Shown here one piece after another: positions 19,694 to 32,365 of a stretch of 64,000 nucleotides of DNA. The notes beneath the pieces are model-generated. The model made no database searches. It saw nothing but the letters and a program-made list of their open reading frames with translations, and was not told where the DNA came from. A program made the position numbers and the translations under genes. Positions within the stretch are counted from its first letter, which is position 1. The number at the start of each line of letters is the position of its first letter. The DNA comes from Aquabacterium sp. (GTDB taxonomy: Bacteria > Pseudomonadota > Gammaproteobacteria > Burkholderiales > Burkholderiaceae_C): contig JBKJKU010000144.1 of NCBI GenBank assembly GCA_046597355.1, forward strand, positions 49 to 64,048, in the 5' to 3' direction.

Positions 19694-20428
19694 ATGACGC
19701 CACACGGCCGGTCAGGCAGGCGCAAGGCCGGCCCCGCGCCGCAGGCCCGGCATGCTGCGGCATGCACCGGGCCGGCGCTGGCCGTGGCCGGGCTGTGGTG
19801 CGCGGTGCTGGTGCTGTGCGCCGGGCCCGCAGCGGCGCAAAGCGTCAGCCTGGCCGGCAGCATGGGCAGCGACAAGGCCCTGCTGATGATCGACGGCCAG
19901 TTGCGCACGCTGGTGGTCGGTGCCAGCAGCCAGGGCGTGACACTGCGCCGCCTGGGCGACGGCCAGGCCGAAGTCGAGGTGGCCGGCCGCAAACTCACGC
20001 TGACGCTGGGCGCCTTGCCGGCCCGGGTGGACGGTGCGGGCGGCAACCCGCTCGGCGGCGATACCGACATCGTGCTGCCCATCGGGCAGGGCGGGCATTT
20101 CTCGGGCAGCGGCTCGATCAACGGCCGGGCGGTGCAGTTCATGGTCGACACCGGCGCCACCACCATCGCGCTGAGCCAGAGCGAGGCCAACCGCATCGGG
20201 CTGGACTGGAAACGCGGCAAACCCGGCCTGACCAACACCGCCAACGGCCCGGTGCCGATCTATGCCGTCAACCTGACGTCGGTGCGGCTGGGCGGGGTCG
20301 AGGTCGCCAACGTCGCGGCGGTGGTGCTGCCGTCGGAGATGCCCACCGTGCTGCTGGGCAACAGCTTTCTGGGGCGCTTCTCGATGCGGCAGGACGGCGA
20401 TGTGATGCGGCTGGTCAAGCGGCCCTGA
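19694..20428 (+). CDS. Clan AA retropepsin-like aspartic protease (TIGR02281-like)
   Basis: FMVDTGAT active site, TANG and LLGNSFL motifs; start uncertain. Confidence 0.9.
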   Translation: MTPHGRSGRRKAGPAPQARHAAACTGPALAVAGLWCAVLVLCAGPAAAQSVSLAGSMGSDKALLMIDGQLRTLVVGASSQGVTLRRLGDGQAEVEVAGRKLTLTLGALPARVDGAGGNPLGGDTDIVLPIGQGGHFSGSGSINGRAVQFMVDTGATTIALSQSEANRIGLDWKRGKPGLTNTANGPVPIYAVNLTSVRLGGVEVANVAAVVLPSEMPTVLLGNSFLGRFSMRQDGDVMRLVKRP

Positions 20429-20440
20429 TTTCACGTTGGC

Positions 20441-22279
20441 CTAGAGGGCCTCGGCGTGGGCGCCGCGCTTGAGCATCGACGCCACCTCGGCGGGCGAAAC
20501 CGGCCTGCTGAAATGAAAGCCCTGCATCTCATCGCAGTGGCTTGCCCGCAAAAAATCTTGTTGCCCCTGAGTCTCGACGCCCTCGGCCACGACCTTCAGG
20601 TTCAGCTGGTGTCCCAGCGCGATGACGGCCTTCGCCAGGATGCAGTCGTCGGTATCGCCCGGCAGCATGTTGACGAATGAGCGGTCGATCTTGAGCCGCG
20701 AAACGGGGAAGTTTTTCAACGAACTGAGGCTGGAATACCCCGTGCCGAAATCGTCGATGGACAACTGCACGCCCAGCTCGCGGATCCGGTTCATCATGGC
20801 CACGGCGCGTGCCACGTCCTCCATGATGAGGCTCTCGGTGATCTCCAGCTCCAGCAGGTTCGGATCGATGCCCGTTTCCTCCAGGACTGCGGCCACAGTG
20901 TCGGCGAAATGCGGCTCCTTGAACTGGCGCGGCGACACGTTGACCGACATCTTGATCGCGGGCAGCCCCGACCGCTGCCATGCAACCTGCTGCCGGCACG
21001 CGGTCCGCAGCACCCACAGCCCCAGCGAGACGATCATGCCGTTGTCTTCGGCCAGCGGAATGAACGTCGCCGGCGGCACAACGCCGAGGGTCGGGTGTCG
21101 CCAGCGTATCAAGGTCTCGACGCCGATCACCCGCTGCGTCGCGAGGTCGATCTGCGGCTGGTACTCCAGGAACAATTCTTCACGCGCCATCGCCTTCAGC
21201 AAGCCATCCTGCAAGGTCAGGCGCTCCTGCGCCTTGAGGTTCATGTCCGCGGTGAAGTACTCGAACGTGTTCTTCCCGAGTTCCTTGGCCCGGTACATCG
21301 CGGCGTCGGCGTTCTTCAGCAGCGTGTTGCCGTCCCGGCCGTCGAGCGGGTAGCTGGCCACCCCGATGCTGCAGCCCAACTGCACCCTGTGGCCCCGCAA
21401 GTCCAGCGGTTCAGCCACCGCCTTCATCAGACGTTCAAGCGCCCCGCCCACCGAATCTTCGGCCTCGGGCTGATCGAACAGCACGATCACGAATTCGTCG
21501 CCGCCCAGCCGCACGACCGTGTCGGTGGCCCGCACGGCCTTGGACAGGCGAGCCGACATCTGGACGAGCAACTCGTCGCCCGCGTCGTGGCCCAGGCTGT
21601 CGTTGATCGTCTTGAAATTGTCCAGGTCCATGAAGGCCACGGTGACATGGCGCTGGTAGCGATCGGCGTACAGCAAGGCCTGGTGCAGGCGGTCGTCGAG
21701 CAGCGAGCGGTTGGGCAACCCCGTCAGCGCATCATGCTTGGCCATGTGCATCAGGCGTTCCTGCGACCGGCGCAGCGCACGCAGTGGCAGCGCGCGCAAC
21801 GGCAGCGCGCACAGCAGGGTGGCGAGCAGCGTCAACATCGCAACCACCGCGGTGTCGCGCAACGTGGCTCTCAGCGAGCGCTCGACGCGGTAGTGCCCGA
21901 CGACGTCCGTTGCGTCGTAGAGCGCGGTTTCCTCGGCGATGGTGGGGGCCGCTGCAGATTGAGGTGAGCTCGACGCGAGTGTTTGGCGCTGCGCGTCGGT
22001 GATGGTGTAGACCGTAGCGCCGCCGTCGCGAGCCACGTCGTGCTGCACCAACGCGAGCAACTTGTGCTCCTCGAAACTCCACATCGTCGGCTTCTGGGCG
22101 ATCGCGGCGGTGGTCAGGGTGGCATAGACCGAGCTCAAGGTCCTGACCGCCGCCAGCTCCTGGGCCACGCGCACTTTCCAGTAGGCAGCGGGCACGCCCA
22201 AGGCCACGATCAGGACCGAGATGAGTGCGGCCAGGTCAACCAGCTGCCGCAGTTTCGGGTCCAACGTGGCGGCTGTCAT
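20441..22279 (-). CDS. Membrane-anchored diguanylate cyclase/phosphodiesterase (GGDEF-EAL)
   Basis: Two TM segments, HDALTGLPNR, RATD I-site, GGDEF, ETL, DDFGTGYSS and EGVE motifs. Confidence 0.95.
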   Translation of the reverse strand: MTAATLDPKLRQLVDLAALISVLIVALGVPAAYWKVRVAQELAAVRTLSSVYATLTTAAIAQKPTMWSFEEHKLLALVQHDVARDGGATVYTITDAQRQTLASSSPQSAAAPTIAEETALYDATDVVGHYRVERSLRATLRDTAVVAMLTLLATLLCALPLRALPLRALRRSQERLMHMAKHDALTGLPNRSLLDDRLHQALLYADRYQRHVTVAFMDLDNFKTINDSLGHDAGDELLVQMSARLSKAVRATDTVVRLGGDEFVIVLFDQPEAEDSVGGALERLMKAVAEPLDLRGHRVQLGCSIGVASYPLDGRDGNTLLKNADAAMYRAKELGKNTFEYFTADMNLKAQERLTLQDGLLKAMAREELFLEYQPQIDLATQRVIGVETLIRWRHPTLGVVPPATFIPLAEDNGMIVSLGLWVLRTACRQQVAWQRSGLPAIKMSVNVSPRQFKEPHFADTVAAVLEETGIDPNLLELEITESLIMEDVARAVAMMNRIRELGVQLSIDDFGTGYSSLSSLKNFPVSRLKIDRSFVNMLPGDTDDCILAKAVIALGHQLNLKVVAEGVETQGQQDFLRASHCDEMQGFHFSRPVSPAEVASMLKRGAHAEAL

Positions 22280-23139
22280 GGCGACCCTGGCACTTGCAGC
22301 CCGCCGATCTCTGCGATCTGTCGCGATGCCGCGGGCGATCCGACGAAGGCCGCGAACGCCTTCGCCGTGGCGCTGGACTGGCGGGTGGTGACCAGGTAGA
22401 TCGACTTGGTGAAGGCGTACTTGCCGCTTTTCATGTTGTCAACGCTGGCGGCCACACCGTCGATGTCGAGCGCCTTGAGCGCGCGCTTTTCTGACTTGAT
22501 CAGCAGCAGTGTCGAGGTGCCAACCGCGCCAGGTACCCGTTCGAGCTCGTCGGCGGTGTCCGTGTCGGTCACGGCGATGTTCTTGCCCGGCAGTTGGTGG
22601 GCGGCTTTCACCGCCAATTGGAAGGCGGGTGACATGCCGCTGACGACGTCGGTATCGACGTCGGTCACCGGCCGCAGGATCGGACGGGTCTTGGTGCCGT
22701 CCTTCCAAGTCGCGCGCGTGCCTGCATAAATCTCGGCCAGTTCGGCCAGCGATGCCCGGGTGGCCGGCGCCTTGTCATGCACCGCAAAGACAAACGGCGT
22801 GCGGATGACTTCGCGTTCCACCAGCCCCTTGGCGCGTTCTTCGTCGGTGAGCGGTCGCGATGTGACGGCGACCTGGATCGCCCCTGCTGCCAGTGCCTTG
22901 ATGCCCCCGCCGCTGCCGAGGCTGGGCACCACGCGAACGCGGGCCGCGGGGTCAGTGGCCGTGAACGCACTGCCCAGAACCTTCATCGCGCCCAGGGCGG
23001 CCCCGGTGCCGCCGATGACGATGTCCTGGGGGGCTTCGGCGGCCGCTGCGTCCAGCGGCATCAGGGTCGCCGACAGGCTGAACAGCGCAAACGCCGCAAA
23101 CGCCGCCATCGAATTGAAGCGTCTTGGAAATCGGTTCAT
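22276..23139 (-). CDS. PstS-like periplasmic binding protein
   Basis: Signal peptide, GGTG, SLGSGGGIKAL, TSRPL and YAFTKSIY motifs; stop overlaps the ATG of the GGDEF-EAL gene. Confidence 0.85.
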   Translation of the reverse strand: MNRFPRRFNSMAAFAAFALFSLSATLMPLDAAAAEAPQDIVIGGTGAALGAMKVLGSAFTATDPAARVRVVPSLGSGGGIKALAAGAIQVAVTSRPLTDEERAKGLVEREVIRTPFVFAVHDKAPATRASLAELAEIYAGTRATWKDGTKTRPILRPVTDVDTDVVSGMSPAFQLAVKAAHQLPGKNIAVTDTDTADELERVPGAVGTSTLLLIKSEKRALKALDIDGVAASVDNMKSGKYAFTKSIYLVTTRQSSATAKAFAAFVGSPAASRQIAEIGGLQVPGSP

Positions 23140-23487
23140 GGGCAAAGATCCGGACAAAGTATGCGTTTTTGCTTTTCGGCATCTTTTGAGCGTTCTGCTG
23201 CACGGCGCGCTGGTTTTCGTGACATCCGCACACGTTGGTGGGCCAGGCGGCGGAGCGGGGCTTTGAATGGCGATGCGGCGCCAGCCGGCCGGCGTGATGC
23301 TGACCCTGGAGCGGGCTTGACGCGGCTGCGCCCCGCCGCGTTGCTGCCGCTGGCCATGCGGACCCAGCGCAGGGGCGTCGCCAGCGTAAGCCTGTGCGGC
23401 GTCTGCCCGATTTGCCTGCCTGCCGCAGCGCCCTGCCACCCATTGATTGGGGTGGTCCCTCCGCTGCGCGCCGCCTATGATTCGCCG

Positions 23488-24111
23488 ATGAAGCGACTGT
23501 GGGATATCTCGCCACCCGTGCACGCCGGCTCGCCGGTATTCCCCGGTGATGCGCCGTACCAGCAGACCTGGGGCGCGACGCTGTCCTCCGACTGTCCGGT
23601 CAATGTCGCCACCTTGACGCTCAGCCCGCACACCGGCGCCCATGCCGATGCACCGCTGCACTACAGCCCCGACGGCGCAGCCGTGGGTGCACTGGACCTG
23701 GCGCCCTACCTCGGCCCGTGCCGGGTGATCCACACGGTCGGCTGCGGCCCGCTGGTGCTGTGGCAGCACCTGGCCCATGCGCTGGCCGGCCTGCCGCCGC
23801 GGGTGCTGGTGCGCACCTATGCGCAATCCCCCACCGGCTGGGACCCGCACCTCAGCGCCTTTGCGCCCGAGACGATCAGCCGCCTGGCCGACGCCGGCGT
23901 GTGCCTGGTCGGCATCGACACCGCCAGCATCGACCCGGCCGACAGCAAGGCCCTGCCCAGCCACCAGGTGATCCGCCTGCGCGGCCTGCGGGTGCTGGAG
24001 AACCTGGTGCTCGACGCCGTGCCAGAGGGCGACTATGAGCTGATCGCGCTGCCGCTCAAACTGATGACCGCCGATGCGTCGCCGGTGCGGGCGGTGCTGC
24101 GGGCGCTGTGA
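23488..24111 (+). CDS. kynB: Kynurenine formamidase (arylformamidase)
   Basis: WDISPP, HTGAHADAPLH, GIDTASID, LENL and ASPVRA motifs. Confidence 0.95.
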   Translation: MKRLWDISPPVHAGSPVFPGDAPYQQTWGATLSSDCPVNVATLTLSPHTGAHADAPLHYSPDGAAVGALDLAPYLGPCRVIHTVGCGPLVLWQHLAHALAGLPPRVLVRTYAQSPTGWDPHLSAFAPETISRLADAGVCLVGIDTASIDPADSKALPSHQVIRLRGLRVLENLVLDAVPEGDYELIALPLKLMTADASPVRAVLRAL

Positions 24112-24157
24112 GATTGTTTTTTAACCCGCCATCCATTCGCCCACCCACCCACACACC

Positions 24158-25471
24158 ATGACCCGTGCTCAAGCCCTGGCCACCGATGCCGCCGATGTGC
24201 TGGCGCCGCTGCGCCAACAGTTCCAGATCCCCGACGGCTTGGTCTACCTCGACGGCAACTCGCTCGGGGTGCTGCCGCGCAGCACCGCGGACCGGCTGCA
24301 ACAGGTCGTCACCCAGGAATGGGGCACAGGCCTGATCGGCAGCTGGAACACTGCCGGCTGGATGGCCCAGCCGCAGCGCATCGGCGACAAGATCGCCACG
24401 CTGGTGGGCGCCGGGCCGGGTCAGCTGGTGGTGGCCGATTCGACCTCGGTCAACTTGTTCAAGGTGCTCTCAGCCGCGCTGGCGATGCAGCGCGAGGACG
24501 CACCCGGGCGGCGCGTGGTGGTCAGCGAGCGCAGCAACTTCCCGACCGATCTCTACATTGCGCAGTCGTTGTGCCGCGAACACGGCTGCCGCCTGCGGCT
24601 GGTCGATTCGCCCGGCGAGATCCCCGCCGCACTCGACGCCGACTGCGCCGTGCTGATGCTCACCCAGGTCAACTACCGCACCGGCGCGTTGCACGACATG
24701 GCCGCGCTCAGCGCCGCCGCCCATGCTGCGGGGGCGCTGGCGGTGTGGGATCTGGCGCATTCGGCCGGTGCGCTGCCGGTGGCGCTCCATGCCGACGGCG
24801 CCGACTTTGCGGTGGGCTGCGGCTACAAATACCTCAACGGCGGTCCGGGTGCGCCGGCCTTCGCCTGGGTGCGGCCCGGCCTGGTCAACCGCTTTGTGCA
24901 GCCGCTGTCGGGCTGGCTGGGCCATGCTGCGCCGTTTGCCTTTGACCCCGATTACCAGCCGGCGCCCGGCATCGCGCGCTATGTCTGTGGCACGCCGCCG
25001 GTGCTGGCCATGGCCGCGCTGGAGTGCGGTGTTGACACCCTGCTGGCCGCAGGCCCGCTGGGCGGCATGGCGGCGTTGCGTGCCAAGTCGCTGGCGCTGA
25101 CCCGCAGCTTCATCACCCTGGTGGCTGAGCGCTGCACCGGCCATGGCCTGGTGCTGGCGTCGCCCGATGCCGACGCGCAGCGCGGCAGCCAGGTTTGCCT
25201 GGCCTTCGCCCCGGCCAGCCCGGCCGGCCAGGCCGGGGCGGCCTATGCCGTGGTGCAGGCGCTGATCGGCCGCGGTGTGGTGGGTGATTTCCGCGCCGGC
25301 GCGCCGGCCACGGCCACCACCAACGGGCAAGACGACATCCTGCGCTTTGGCGTCACGCCGCTGTACACCCGCTTTGTCGACGTCTGGGACGCGGTAGACC
25401 ATTTGCGCGCCGTGCTGGCCAGCGCTGAATGGCAGCAGCCGTGTTTTGCCCAGCGTGGAGCGGTGACGTGA
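24158..25471 (+). CDS. kynU: Kynureninase
   Basis: [33 protein letters not shown] and RGSQV motifs. Confidence 0.96.
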   Translation: MTRAQALATDAADVLAPLRQQFQIPDGLVYLDGNSLGVLPRSTADRLQQVVTQEWGTGLIGSWNTAGWMAQPQRIGDKIATLVGAGPGQLVVADSTSVNLFKVLSAALAMQREDAPGRRVVVSERSNFPTDLYIAQSLCREHGCRLRLVDSPGEIPAALDADCAVLMLTQVNYRTGALHDMAALSAAAHAAGALAVWDLAHSAGALPVALHADGADFAVGCGYKYLNGGPGAPAFAWVRPGLVNRFVQPLSGWLGHAAPFAFDPDYQPAPGIARYVCGTPPVLAMAALECGVDTLLAAGPLGGMAALRAKSLALTRSFITLVAERCTGHGLVLASPDADAQRGSQVCLAFAPASPAGQAGAAYAVVQALIGRGVVGDFRAGAPATATTNGQDDILRFGVTPLYTRFVDVWDAVDHLRAVLASAEWQQPCFAQRGAVT

Positions 25472-26340
25472 GCCTGCCCGGATCCGGTTGCCCCCTGAAC
25501 GGCCCCGACACCGAGGCGCCAGCCCGCCACGAAGGCGCCCAGCTCGATTTCTCGCAGGACATGAGCTATGGCGACTACCTGCAGCTCGACGCGCTGCTGG
25601 GCGCCCAGCATCCGCTGTCGCCGGCGCACGACGAGATGCTGTTCATCGTGCAGCACCAGACCAGCGAGCTGTGGATGAAGCTGATGCTGCATGAGCTGCG
25701 CGCCGCGGTGGCGGCTGTGGCAGCCGACCGACTGAGTGCGGCCTTCAAGATGCTGGCGCGGGTCTCGCGCATCATGGAACAGCTGGTGCACGCCTGGGAT
25801 GTGCTGGCCACCATGACCCCGCCCGAGTACAGCGCGATCCGGCCCTACCTGGCCAAGTCGTCCGGTTTCCAGAGCTGGCAGTACCGCTGCATCGAGTTCA
25901 TGCTGGGCAACAAGAGCGCGGCCATGCTCACGCCCCATGCCCACAGCCCCGCCCGGCTGGCCGAGGTCGAGGTGGCCTGGCGTGCGCCGTCGCTCTATGA
26001 CGAGGCACTGCGCCTGCTGGCCCGGCGGGGCCTGGTGCTGCCGGCCAGCCATACCGACCGCGACTGGACTTCAGCCTACACCGCTGACGAGGCTGTCAAG
26101 CAGGCCTGGCTGGTGGTCTACCGCGCCCCCGATACCCACTGGGACCTGTACCAGCTGGGCGAGGAGCTGACCGACCTGGAGGACGCTTTCCGGCTCTGGC
26201 GCTTTCGCCACTTGACCACCGTCACGCGCATCATCGGCATGAAGCCCGGCACGGGCGGCACCAGCGGCGTGGGTTATTTGCGGCGCATGCTGGACGTCGA
26301 GCTGTTTCCCGAGCTGTGGCAGCTGCGCACCGAGCTGTGA
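25468..26340 (+). CDS. kynA: Tryptophan 2,3-dioxygenase
   Basis: [31 protein letters not shown] and GTGGTSG motifs; GTGA overlap with kynU. Confidence 0.96.
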   Translation: MSLPGSGCPLNGPDTEAPARHEGAQLDFSQDMSYGDYLQLDALLGAQHPLSPAHDEMLFIVQHQTSELWMKLMLHELRAAVAAVAADRLSAAFKMLARVSRIMEQLVHAWDVLATMTPPEYSAIRPYLAKSSGFQSWQYRCIEFMLGNKSAAMLTPHAHSPARLAEVEVAWRAPSLYDEALRLLARRGLVLPASHTDRDWTSAYTADEAVKQAWLVVYRAPDTHWDLYQLGEELTDLEDAFRLWRFRHLTTVTRIIGMKPGTGGTSGVGYLRRMLDVELFPELWQLRTEL

Positions 26341-26494
26341 CCACCGGTCGCCAGGCGGCGGACCAATTCCTGAACAATCACACGGTGGCGGTGTGCGGTT
26401 TTAGCAATTTAGGGGGGTGGCGGCCGCCCATTTCGGGTGGGGGTGCGAAACTGGCAGGCGCCAATCCAACGCTGTAGCCGTCACTGCGGACAGG

Positions 26495-27424
26495 ATGACC
26501 ATGCCCAGCACCGCCACCCGCACCGCCTCCACCCGCACCGCCGCCGCCAGCACCACCACCGCCCCCACCGCCGCCGTGCGCCCGCCCCGCGCCCTCAAGG
26601 CATCGCCGGCGTGCGTTGTGGCAGCGGCCCAAGCCGGTCGTTGGCTGGCCGGTCTGGCCGCCGCGGGCGCACTGATGGCGGCTTCCGGGCCGGCGCTGGC
26701 CGGTGGGGTGCAAGACCGTATCCAGGCCAGCGGCACCGTGCGGGTGTGTATCTGGCCGGACTATTACGGCGTAACCTTCCGCAACCCGCGATCTCAGCAA
26801 CTGGGCGGCATCGACATCGACCTGTCGGCCGACTTTGCGCGCGACCTGGGCGTGAAGCTGCAGTACGTCGAATCATCATTTCCGATGCTGGTCGAAGACC
26901 TGCTGGGCGACCGCTGTGACATCGCCATGCACGCGGTGGCCGTGCTGCCGGCGCGGGCCGAGAAGCTCAAATTCTCGCAGCCCTACCTGCAGAGCGACAT
27001 CTACGGCATCACCACCCGCAGCGCCCGGCTCAAGACCTGGGACGACATCGACAAACCCGGCGTGCAGGTGGCGGTGCAGGCCGGCACCTTCATGGAGCCG
27101 GTGATGGCCGCGTCACTCAAGCAGGGCAAATTGGTCGTCGTCAAACCCCCTCAAACCCGGGAGCAAGAGCTCGAAGCCGGGCGGGTTGATGTCTTCATGA
27201 CTGACTACCCCTACAGCCGGCGCTTGCTGGACAACGCCGACTGGGCCCGGTTGATTTCGCCCCCGAAGCCTTTTTATGTGCTGCCCTATGCCTACGCCGT
27301 CAAGCCGGGTGACGAGGCCTGGCTCAAGCGGGTGGACGAATTTGTGGCCACCATCAAGCGCGACGGCCGGCTCGACGCCGCCGCCAAGCGCAGCGGCCTG
27401 GCCGAGATCGTGGTGCGCAAGTAA
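26495..27424 (+). CDS. Extracellular solute-binding protein, family 3 (amino-acid type)
   Basis: WPDYYG...GIDIDL...GTFME signature; start uncertain. Confidence 0.85.
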   Translation: MTMPSTATRTASTRTAAASTTTAPTAAVRPPRALKASPACVVAAAQAGRWLAGLAAAGALMAASGPALAGGVQDRIQASGTVRVCIWPDYYGVTFRNPRSQQLGGIDIDLSADFARDLGVKLQYVESSFPMLVEDLLGDRCDIAMHAVAVLPARAEKLKFSQPYLQSDIYGITTRSARLKTWDDIDKPGVQVAVQAGTFMEPVMAASLKQGKLVVVKPPQTREQELEAGRVDVFMTDYPYSRRLLDNADWARLISPPKPFYVLPYAYAVKPGDEAWLKRVDEFVATIKRDGRLDAAAKRSGLAEIVVRK

Positions 27425-27457
27425 GGCCGCGACGCCAGTGCCCAACCCCCCGTCTGC

Positions 27458-29740
<2,283 letters not shown>

Positions 29741-29801
29741 GTGGCTGCGGCCGGCCGCCGGGTGGCCTGCCTGGCCGCGGCGGCCTGCCTATCATCGGCG
29801 C

Positions 29802-30830
29802 ATGCAGATCCTCGACGCGCCAGCCACCACCCTTGCCCTGCCCTGGATGCCTCTGGTGGCGGCGCTGGAGCGCACGCTGGCCGACGCGGCGGCCGGCCGG
29901 GTGCAGGCACCCGAGCGCTGGGTGCTGCCGGTGGCGCCGGGCACCTCGTGGTTCCTGATGCCGGCGTGGCTGGCGCATGACGCCGGCGACCTGGCGGCGA
30001 TCAAGCTCATCACCTACGCCAGCGCCAACCCGGCGCGCGGCCTGCCGTCCATCCTGGGCGACGTGCTGGTGCTGCGCGCGTCCACCGGCGAGCGGCTGGC
30101 GCTGCTGGACGGCCCCACCGTCACCGCCCGCCGCACAGCCGCCGTCACGCTGCTGGCCGCCCTGCGGCTGGCGCCGGCGCCGATCGGCCCGCCCGGTCCC
30201 GATAGCGCTGGGGCCGGTATCGCTGGGGCCGGTCCGTTGCTGGTCATCGGCACCGGTGTGCAGGCGCTAGCGCATGTGCAGGCGCTGGTGGCCGGTGCTG
30301 GCGTGCGCGAGGTCTGGGTGCGCGGTCGCACGCCGGCGCGCAGCCGCGCGTTTGTACAGGCCTTGCAGGCGCAGGTGGGTACAGCCAGCCTGCCAGTCCC
30401 CGACCTGCAGATCGCGCCGGCTGACGATCTGGACACCGCCCTGCAGCGCTGCCGCTGGATCGTCACCGCCACGCCGGCTGCGGCGGTGTGCCTGCACGGT
30501 GCCGTGCGGCCGGACGCCTTTGTCGCCGCGGTGGGCGCCTTCAGCCCCGCGATGATCGAGCTGGACCCGGCACTGACCCGGCAGATCGCGGCTGACGGCC
30601 GGGTGGTGCTCGACAGCGCCGCGGCGCGCCACGAGGCGGGCGATCTGCTGACCGCTGGGCTGGACCTGGCCGGCCTGCCCACGCTGGCCGAATTGCTGGC
30701 GGGATGGCCGGCTGTCCCGGCCGATCCCGCAGCGAACGCGCTGCCCCGGCCGGCCGGGCCGGTGTTGTTCAAGAGTTGCGGCGCGTCGCTGTGGGACCTG
30801 GCCGCCGCCCGCTGCGCGGTGGGCGCCTGA
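29802..30830 (+). CDS. Ornithine cyclodeaminase/mu-crystallin family (delta1-pyrroline-2-carboxylate reductase-like)
   Basis: TARRTAA, GTGVQA, TATP, VGAF and FKSCG motifs. Confidence 0.88.
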   Translation: MQILDAPATTLALPWMPLVAALERTLADAAAGRVQAPERWVLPVAPGTSWFLMPAWLAHDAGDLAAIKLITYASANPARGLPSILGDVLVLRASTGERLALLDGPTVTARRTAAVTLLAALRLAPAPIGPPGPDSAGAGIAGAGPLLVIGTGVQALAHVQALVAGAGVREVWVRGRTPARSRAFVQALQAQVGTASLPVPDLQIAPADDLDTALQRCRWIVTATPAAAVCLHGAVRPDAFVAAVGAFSPAMIELDPALTRQIAADGRVVLDSAAARHEAGDLLTAGLDLAGLPTLAELLAGWPAVPADPAANALPRPAGPVLFKSCGASLWDLAAARCAVGA

Positions 30831-30851
30831 TCCTCCGGCCTGCGCCCGCGG

Positions 30852-32108
30852 TCAGGGCCCTGGCCGCGGCCACAGCGCCCACAGCCGCAGCGGCTGCTTC
30901 ATGCGGCCGGCCTGCTGCTCGGCGGTATCACCGCTGCCCCAGAAATAGTCCACCCGCACCGCACCGGTGATCGCGCTGCCGGTGTCCTGCGCCATCACCA
31001 GCCGACGCAGCGGTGTGGCTGAGAGCGGCTCGGTGGTGTCCAGCCACAGTGGCGTGCCATAGGGCACGGCCAGCGGGTCCACCGCCACCGAGCGGCCGGC
31101 GCTCAGCGGCACGCCTTGTGCGCCTTTTGGACCTGTCGGCACGGTCGAACCCGTCGGCACGGTCGGCAACGGGGAACCGGTCGGCAGCAGCGGGTTGGCC
31201 ACGGCCACGGCCGCGTCACCTGGCAGCGCCTCTTCGCGGAAAAACACCACCCGCGGGTTGCTCCACATCATCTGCTGCAGCCGGGCCGGGCTGGCGCGCT
31301 GGCCCCAGTCGCGGATCGCCGGCCAGTTGGCCCCGTCGGGCTTGAGCTCGCCCTGGTCGATCAGCCAGCGGCCCACCGACTTGTAGGGCTGGTCATTGGC
31401 GCCGGCATAGGCCACCCGCACCAGGCGCTCTGGGCCATCGGGCTCGCTGATGCGCAGCCGTCCCGAGCCTTGGATTTGCAGCACCAGCAGGTCCAGCGGG
31501 CTGGCCAGCCAGGCGATCTCCTGGCCGCGCAGCGCGGCTTGCGCGGCCGGCTCGGTGGCCAGTTGCTGGCGCGTCCAGTAGGGCTTGCGCTGGGCCAGGT
31601 CGGCCGGCGGGCGGTGCACCGCCACGCTGAACCCGGGCCGCTGCCTGCGGCTGGCCAGCAGCACCGGCTCGAAGTAGCCGGTGGCCAGGCCCTGGGCTGC
31701 GCCATCCAGCGCCTCGACCCGGTAGGCCTGCAGCTCACGCTGCAGGAAGTCGCGCGCAAAGCCGTCGTCGGGCGGGGCAAAACCACTGGCCCGGGCACAC
31801 ACCGCCGCCCAGCCCGGCGCGGGTTTGACGCAGCCTGCGCGCAAGGCCGGCCACAGCTCGGCGCTGCGGTCGGCCTGCCAGCCGGGCAGGGCGGACCAGT
31901 CCACCGGCACCCAGCGGGCGCGTGGGCGCAGCAGCGCCGCGCCGCCGCTGTCATCGGCCACGGCGGGCGGCGCAACGGCCGCAGCCGCGGGTGCGCCTGG
32001 CCTGGCCGGTGGCACGCTCGGCGCGGGCGGCGTCACTGCGCAAGCGCCCAACAGGGCAAACAGCAGCGGGGCCAGCGTGCGGCGCAAAGGCCGGGATAAT
32101 CGGGGCAT
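30852..32108 (-). CDS. mltA: Membrane-bound lytic murein transglycosylase A
   Basis: Lipobox LLGAC, TGYFEP, QIQGSG, AQDTGSAI and VDYFWG motifs; start uncertain. Confidence 0.93.
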   Translation of the reverse strand: MPRLSRPLRRTLAPLLFALLGACAVTPPAPSVPPARPGAPAAAAVAPPAVADDSGGAALLRPRARWVPVDWSALPGWQADRSAELWPALRAGCVKPAPGWAAVCARASGFAPPDDGFARDFLQRELQAYRVEALDGAAQGLATGYFEPVLLASRRQRPGFSVAVHRPPADLAQRKPYWTRQQLATEPAAQAALRGQEIAWLASPLDLLVLQIQGSGRLRISEPDGPERLVRVAYAGANDQPYKSVGRWLIDQGELKPDGANWPAIRDWGQRASPARLQQMMWSNPRVVFFREEALPGDAAVAVANPLLPTGSPLPTVPTGSTVPTGPKGAQGVPLSAGRSVAVDPLAVPYGTPLWLDTTEPLSATPLRRLVMAQDTGSAITGAVRVDYFWGSGDTAEQQAGRMKQPLRLWALWPRPGP

Positions 32109-32226
32109 GTGGCTGATTTTGCTGGAAGCGCTGGGCGCGTTGCTGATCCTGGGCCTGATCGTCTGGTGGACGATGTTTGCCGGCCGCCGTGGCGGTGAGC
32201 GCGACGACGACGCCGCGGGGCGCTGA
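32107..32226 (+). CDS. Small single-pass membrane protein (39 aa)
   Basis: MWLILLEALGALLILGLIVWWTMFAGRR hydrophobic helix followed by a charged tail. Confidence 0.6.
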   Translation: MWLILLEALGALLILGLIVWWTMFAGRRGGERDDDAAGR

Positions 32227-32365
32227 AGCGCGCGTTGCGCCGGCCGCGGGCCCGCGATTCAAGCCCGCCGGCCGCCGGCTCAAGCCGTCGGCCCAGCCGC
32301 ACGGCGTGGCATTGCAGGCCCGCAAGCGCCGGCTTTGTGCTGCCCCGGTCGGTGCTTCTGACAGG

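Noticed and set aside
23140-23270. PHO box upstream of the PstS-like gene
   Set aside because: No CTGTCAT-type direct repeats seen.
22276-23964. 562-aa extended PstS-like ORF
   Set aside because: The extension is antisense to kynB; the signal peptide begins at ATG 23139.
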